Part shown: positions 60,666 to 64,000 of the stretch, piece after piece
Layout: every line of letters starts with the position of its first letter
Position numbering within the stretch: position 1 is the stretch's first letter
Origin: Candidatus Bathyarchaeota archaeon
Lineage (GTDB): Archaea > Thermoproteota > Bathyarchaeia > 40CM-2-53-6 > RBG-13-38-9
Direction: 5' to 3'
Assembly (NCBI GenBank): GCA_963807605.1
Contig: CAWECG010000003.1
Location: 256,001-320,000 of the forward strand
DNA length: 64,000 nt
Program-made: the position numbers and the translations under genes
Notes under the pieces: model-generated
Database searches by the model: none
The model's input: the letters and a program-made list of their open reading frames with translations, nothing else
What the model was told of the DNA's origin: nothing

Positions 60666-60908
60666 ATGGAGGAGCAATTGATGGAGCCCTCTGAAGAGAA
60701 GAAGAGATACTATTATTACGGCAAAGAAGAGGTTGAGGCGGCGAAGGTTTTAGAGGAAGCTGAAGAGGCGCCCATTGTAACACCTGCCATTGAGGAAGCT
60801 GTGGCGAAACCAGCACGCAAGCCAAAGAAGCCTGCAAGTAAAGCTAAGAGGAAGGCTGTCAAGAAGAAGGCTAAGCCGAAGAAAAAGTTCAAACGTAGTC
60901 GGCGCTAG
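60666..60908 (+). CDS. Small protein with acidic N-half and Lys/Ala/Pro-rich (histone H1-like) C-half
   Basis: 80 aa; KPARKPKKPASKAKRKAVKKKAKPKKKFKRSRR. Confidence 0.65.
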   Translation: MEEQLMEPSEEKKRYYYYGKEEVEAAKVLEEAEEAPIVTPAIEEAVAKPARKPKKPASKAKRKAVKKKAKPKKKFKRSRR

Positions 60909-61681
60909 TCCTTCAGAAACTTCGGAAGACAAATAGGGCTCTTCACCGGGTCGAATGCTTCAGTTTGCCGGATACTCAGTGGTGCAACTATTCTTGAAAC
61001 CATTCCGTGCAGGGAATAAGGGAGCCTGATGAGTCGCATTCCACCTGTCGTAACCCACTCGTCTATAGGATAGCCCTCACTCTTCATATCTGTGGCTAAT
61101 TTCTTTCTCCGCCTTCGTGGCCAAGTCCATGTCTCAGGATCAAGAACATGGATGTGGAATCCCCTGCCAGAATAGACCACGGATAGCTCAGAGAAGAGAC
61201 CGGATAGTCTCTCGCATAGGTCCACAGTCTTTTCCTTCACCACATTGAACTCCCAGACACAGAAGCTCAGTCCTTGTCCACGTCGCATCTTCTCCCTAAG
61301 CGATCCATGTACCGGGCACGTTATGTTCTCGGGGTCTAGATTGAAAGCTAACTCCTGGCCAAGAGTTCTTCTCGGCTCATCTGTCCTCTTATTGTAAATG
61401 TTTCTGTCGTAATAGACTGCCTCCGGCTTGAACTCAAGTAGAAGGTTCTTAACATCTTCAAGGCTTCCGTACTTCTTTATCAGTATCGATTTTGAAAAGC
61501 TCCGTTCATACTTCTTTGGATAGATTTTGGTATGTCTTCCAATTATTACCGCAAAGACGTTATGTCCTGAGCGTCGGCTAAGCCACCTGGAGACTTTGTC
61601 GAGGCTGAACTCATCTCGATAGAATCTCTCTCTTTCACTGAGCGTCGAGTAGTGCATTCCTGTCGGGAGACTGTACCTCAA
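60905..61681 (-). CDS. Archaeo-eukaryotic primase (AEP/PriS-like) paralog with motif I changed to NxD
   Basis: GQELAFNLDP, YSGRGFHIH, IDEWVT, RLIRLPYSLH. Confidence 0.85.
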   Translation of the reverse strand: MRYSLPTGMHYSTLSERERFYRDEFSLDKVSRWLSRRSGHNVFAVIIGRHTKIYPKKYERSFSKSILIKKYGSLEDVKNLLLEFKPEAVYYDRNIYNKRTDEPRRTLGQELAFNLDPENITCPVHGSLREKMRRGQGLSFCVWEFNVVKEKTVDLCERLSGLFSELSVVYSGRGFHIHVLDPETWTWPRRRRKKLATDMKSEGYPIDEWVTTGGMRLIRLPYSLHGMVSRIVAPLSIRQTEAFDPVKSPICLPKFLKD

Positions 61682-61943
61682 TATCTAAACCAGATCTGGG
61701 ATTGTTGTATACGTTAAGTACACTTTTGTACACAACTACGCGCGCGCGTTTTGACTTTGATTCTTTCTATGGGGGTTCTGAAGGATCATCATGTTTCACT
61801 CAATCATACTTTGGTTTTAAAGTGTTCCTTTGCGTTCGATCATTGATTATCTTCCACTTAGGTGATTAATGCTACAAGGTTGATCGACTTGAACACCAAA
61901 TATGTGTAAAGCTAAATACGTCCCAACGATCGGCTAATCAAGA

Positions 61944-63290
61944 TTGAGGCTACGGGATTTGAGTGAAGACAAGATTAGTCGTCGTAAGTATCTGAAATAT
62001 GCTGGAGCTGCTGTTGTTGCAGGCGCTGCAGCGATTGCTGGATATGGAGCATATAGCTACTATGGGCAGCCTACTACTTCACTTCTCAGTACCACCTCCC
62101 CCACGTTAGGCCTTGGCAGCCAGAAACTGACAGTAAAAATCGGTGGAACCAAACCTCTAACCGGTACTATGGCACTAGGCGGCATAGATGAAGATAGGGG
62201 GCTGGAAATCTGGGCGAATACATGGGTCAACGACCAAGGTGGAATAAAAGCTGGAGACGGGAACACATACGAAGTCGAATTAGTTATCTATAATGACGAG
62301 TCAAAACCTGAGAACGTGAGCAGACTCTATGAGAAACTGATCAACGAGGACAAAGTCGACTTCCTAATGGGCCCAGTGTGGGGGCCTCTTGGCCAAGCTA
62401 CGGTTTCTGCTGTGGAGAAATACAAGAAACTGGAGATCTACGGAAACGCTAGCTTCGACCCAACACTGTGGAAAGATTGGAAATACGTAATGATGGTGCA
62501 GACCAACGGAAGCGAGTACCTGAACATCCTAAACGAAATGATCATCAACAAGATCCTACCCAACGATCCGGATGCAAAGAACATAGCGATAGTCCACACC
62601 GACGATGCATTTGGAAACGTAGCTGGAACATATGGCTATCAATGGGCGAAGCAGCAGCCTCAACTGAACATAGTCTACTATGAAAAGGTAGCTTTTGATT
62701 CAACAGATTTCACCCCGGTACTCACAAAGGTCAAAGCAGCCAACCCATCAATACTCTTATTCGAATCCGGCTCCAAAGCACCACTTGTTGGAAAGAATGT
62801 CAGGGAGATCGGGCTAGACCTGAAACTGTTTTACCCCGGCACCTACGGCGTGTACAAGCAGTTCTACGACGGACTCGGCCCCAAGTACGGCGAAAACATA
62901 GTCTCTATAACCCAGTGGGTTGTAGGAGAGAACTACCCGGCTAACTATGGACCAACCGAAGACTGGTTCGTCTCACAATACAAACAAGACTTCAACGTAG
63001 CATCGCCTGCGTACGCAGCAGGGATAGGTTTCACGCAGGGCCTTATCTTGCAGGCAGCCATGGAGAAGTGTAGTAAGCCATTGGACTCCGATGCATTGAG
63101 ACAGGTTGTCGGGAATGTAAGCTTCACCGGTTTCTTCGGGGATATAGCGTTTGACCCTGTAACAGGGTGGCAGACAGGCCACAAGATGTCAGCGCTTCAG
63201 TGGCAGGATGGAAAACCAGTCTGCGTCTACCCAGACAAAGTTGCAAAAGCACCGCTGAGATATCCAATGGCAAAATGGTCTACCCTTTAG
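61944..63290 (+). CDS. Tat-exported branched-chain amino acid-type ABC substrate-binding protein
   Basis: SRRKYLK twin-arginine signal, PLTG, YNDESKP, DKVDFLMGP, DFTPVLTKVK. Confidence 0.88.
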   Translation: MRLRDLSEDKISRRKYLKYAGAAVVAGAAAIAGYGAYSYYGQPTTSLLSTTSPTLGLGSQKLTVKIGGTKPLTGTMALGGIDEDRGLEIWANTWVNDQGGIKAGDGNTYEVELVIYNDESKPENVSRLYEKLINEDKVDFLMGPVWGPLGQATVSAVEKYKKLEIYGNASFDPTLWKDWKYVMMVQTNGSEYLNILNEMIINKILPNDPDAKNIAIVHTDDAFGNVAGTYGYQWAKQQPQLNIVYYEKVAFDSTDFTPVLTKVKAANPSILLFESGSKAPLVGKNVREIGLDLKLFYPGTYGVYKQFYDGLGPKYGENIVSITQWVVGENYPANYGPTEDWFVSQYKQDFNVASPAYAAGIGFTQGLILQAAMEKCSKPLDSDALRQVVGNVSFTGFFGDIAFDPVTGWQTGHKMSALQWQDGKPVCVYPDKVAKAPLRYPMAKWSTL

Positions 63291-63493
63291 GACCACAAAT
63301 ACCTATGCTTAATGCTTTCTAATGTTGCGAGGGGTGGTTCTACTCGTGACAATGTCTGGTTCTTTTCATTTAATCGGAATGGACAGCTGAATTACCGGTC
63401 TCAAGATCTCTCTATTCGTTTTCTATAGTTTAGTCGTCGCCTAGAAGGGGCCTGCACGCGCACCTACATATATCATTCGCACCTAATAGTATC

Positions 63494-64000
63494 TCAAAAC
63501 CTCTCCAATTTCAAAGCTTTCTGAAGTTTCCTGTCACATGAGTCGAGGAAGCACTCTGAGACCACATCCTTTGCCTTCTCTCTTTTTATTTGATATTGAT
63601 TCAGAAACTTGAGGACTTTTGGGGCTAGTGAGGCCTTATGTTCCCCACAGAGAAGTTCGCCACTCTTGCATGTTCTTTCTATCTCAGCAAGCTTGGCATC
63701 ATCAGACTCAAAGAGAAAGCGCTCATAATAGTAGATGGGGCATATGTAAGGGTCGGCACCGAGCCTCCTCTGCTCCTCAACAGTAGCTTTACCACCGGTG
63801 AAGGCATTCATTATCTTCTTCTCAGCAACTTTAGGAGGGTCTTTTGTGAAAATGGCCGTCTCGGGTATAGACGAGGACATCTTTCCGCCCTTACCAAGTC
63901 CAGGCAGAAACTTGCAGTGCAACTGTGCAGGCTTGTAATATCCCAGCTTGGGCGCTGCGTCCCTAGCTATTCTCCAATATGGATCTTGGTCTATAGCTGC
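63494..64000 (-). CDS. trpS: Tryptophanyl-tRNA synthetase, 3' part (continues beyond the window)
   Basis: AIDQDPYWR, KMSSS, AFTGG, SGELLCGEHK. Confidence 0.93.
   Translation of the reverse strand, partial: AAIDQDPYWRIARDAAPKLGYYKPAQLHCKFLPGLGKGGKMSSSIPETAIFTKDPPKVAEKKIMNAFTGGKATVEEQRRLGADPYICPIYYYERFLFESDDAKLAEIERTCKSGELLCGEHKASLAPKVLKFLNQYQIKREKAKDVVSECFLDSCDRKLQKALKLERF

Noticed and set aside
2531-63184. Numerous antisense and overlapping ORFs in the six-frame track
   Set aside because: They are shadows of well-supported genes on the other strand or frame and have no recognisable motifs.
60-63290. Genome-wide TAG recoding to pyrrolysine
   Set aside because: Conserved genes such as rps7, pelota, nth, cysK and copA end at TAG at their expected C-termini.

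Overview
This is archaeal chromosomal DNA, most likely Bathyarchaeia or another Thermoproteota lineage. That assignment is inferred from aEF-1A, uS7, uS10, pelota, an archaeal SRP RNA and BHB-intron tRNAs. The left ~28 kb is mostly housekeeping and metabolic genes: thiolase plus a DUF35-OB/ketoacyl-reductase fusion, DRG GTPase, TruD, rps7-tuf-rps10, a three-intron tRNA-Leu(CAA), SRP RNA, a TtuA-like gene, S2P, pelota, pyrH and an intron-containing tRNA-Val(TAC). It is interrupted by an IS and by a decayed island at tRNA-Leu. About 28.9-57.5 kb is accessory and debris-rich: MNT-HEPN toxin-antitoxin pair, a 1338-aa PEF-CTERM surface protein, CBS/CGL/CysK sulfur enzymes, a DUF2318-ABC system, a BlaI/BlaR-like pair, HtrA, Met-rich SHOCT proteins, CopA and IS elements. 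The right end carries nth, a stand-alone LigD 3'-phosphoesterase, AmrS, an AEP primase-like gene, a Tat-exported binding protein and the 3' part of trpS. Three signals are not explained by gene annotation. (1) A highly iterated palindrome AGCGCGCGCT/(CG)n lies almost only outside intact genes, is the IS target and marks gene-truncation breakpoints. (2) A shared operator CTTTACA-N5-TGTAAAG precedes cysteine-metabolism, ABC/DUF2318 and surface-protein genes next to a BlaI/BlaR-like pair, suggesting an undescribed regulon. (3) A DUF35-OB::FabG fusion lies beside a thiolase. All calls were made by eye, without database searches.
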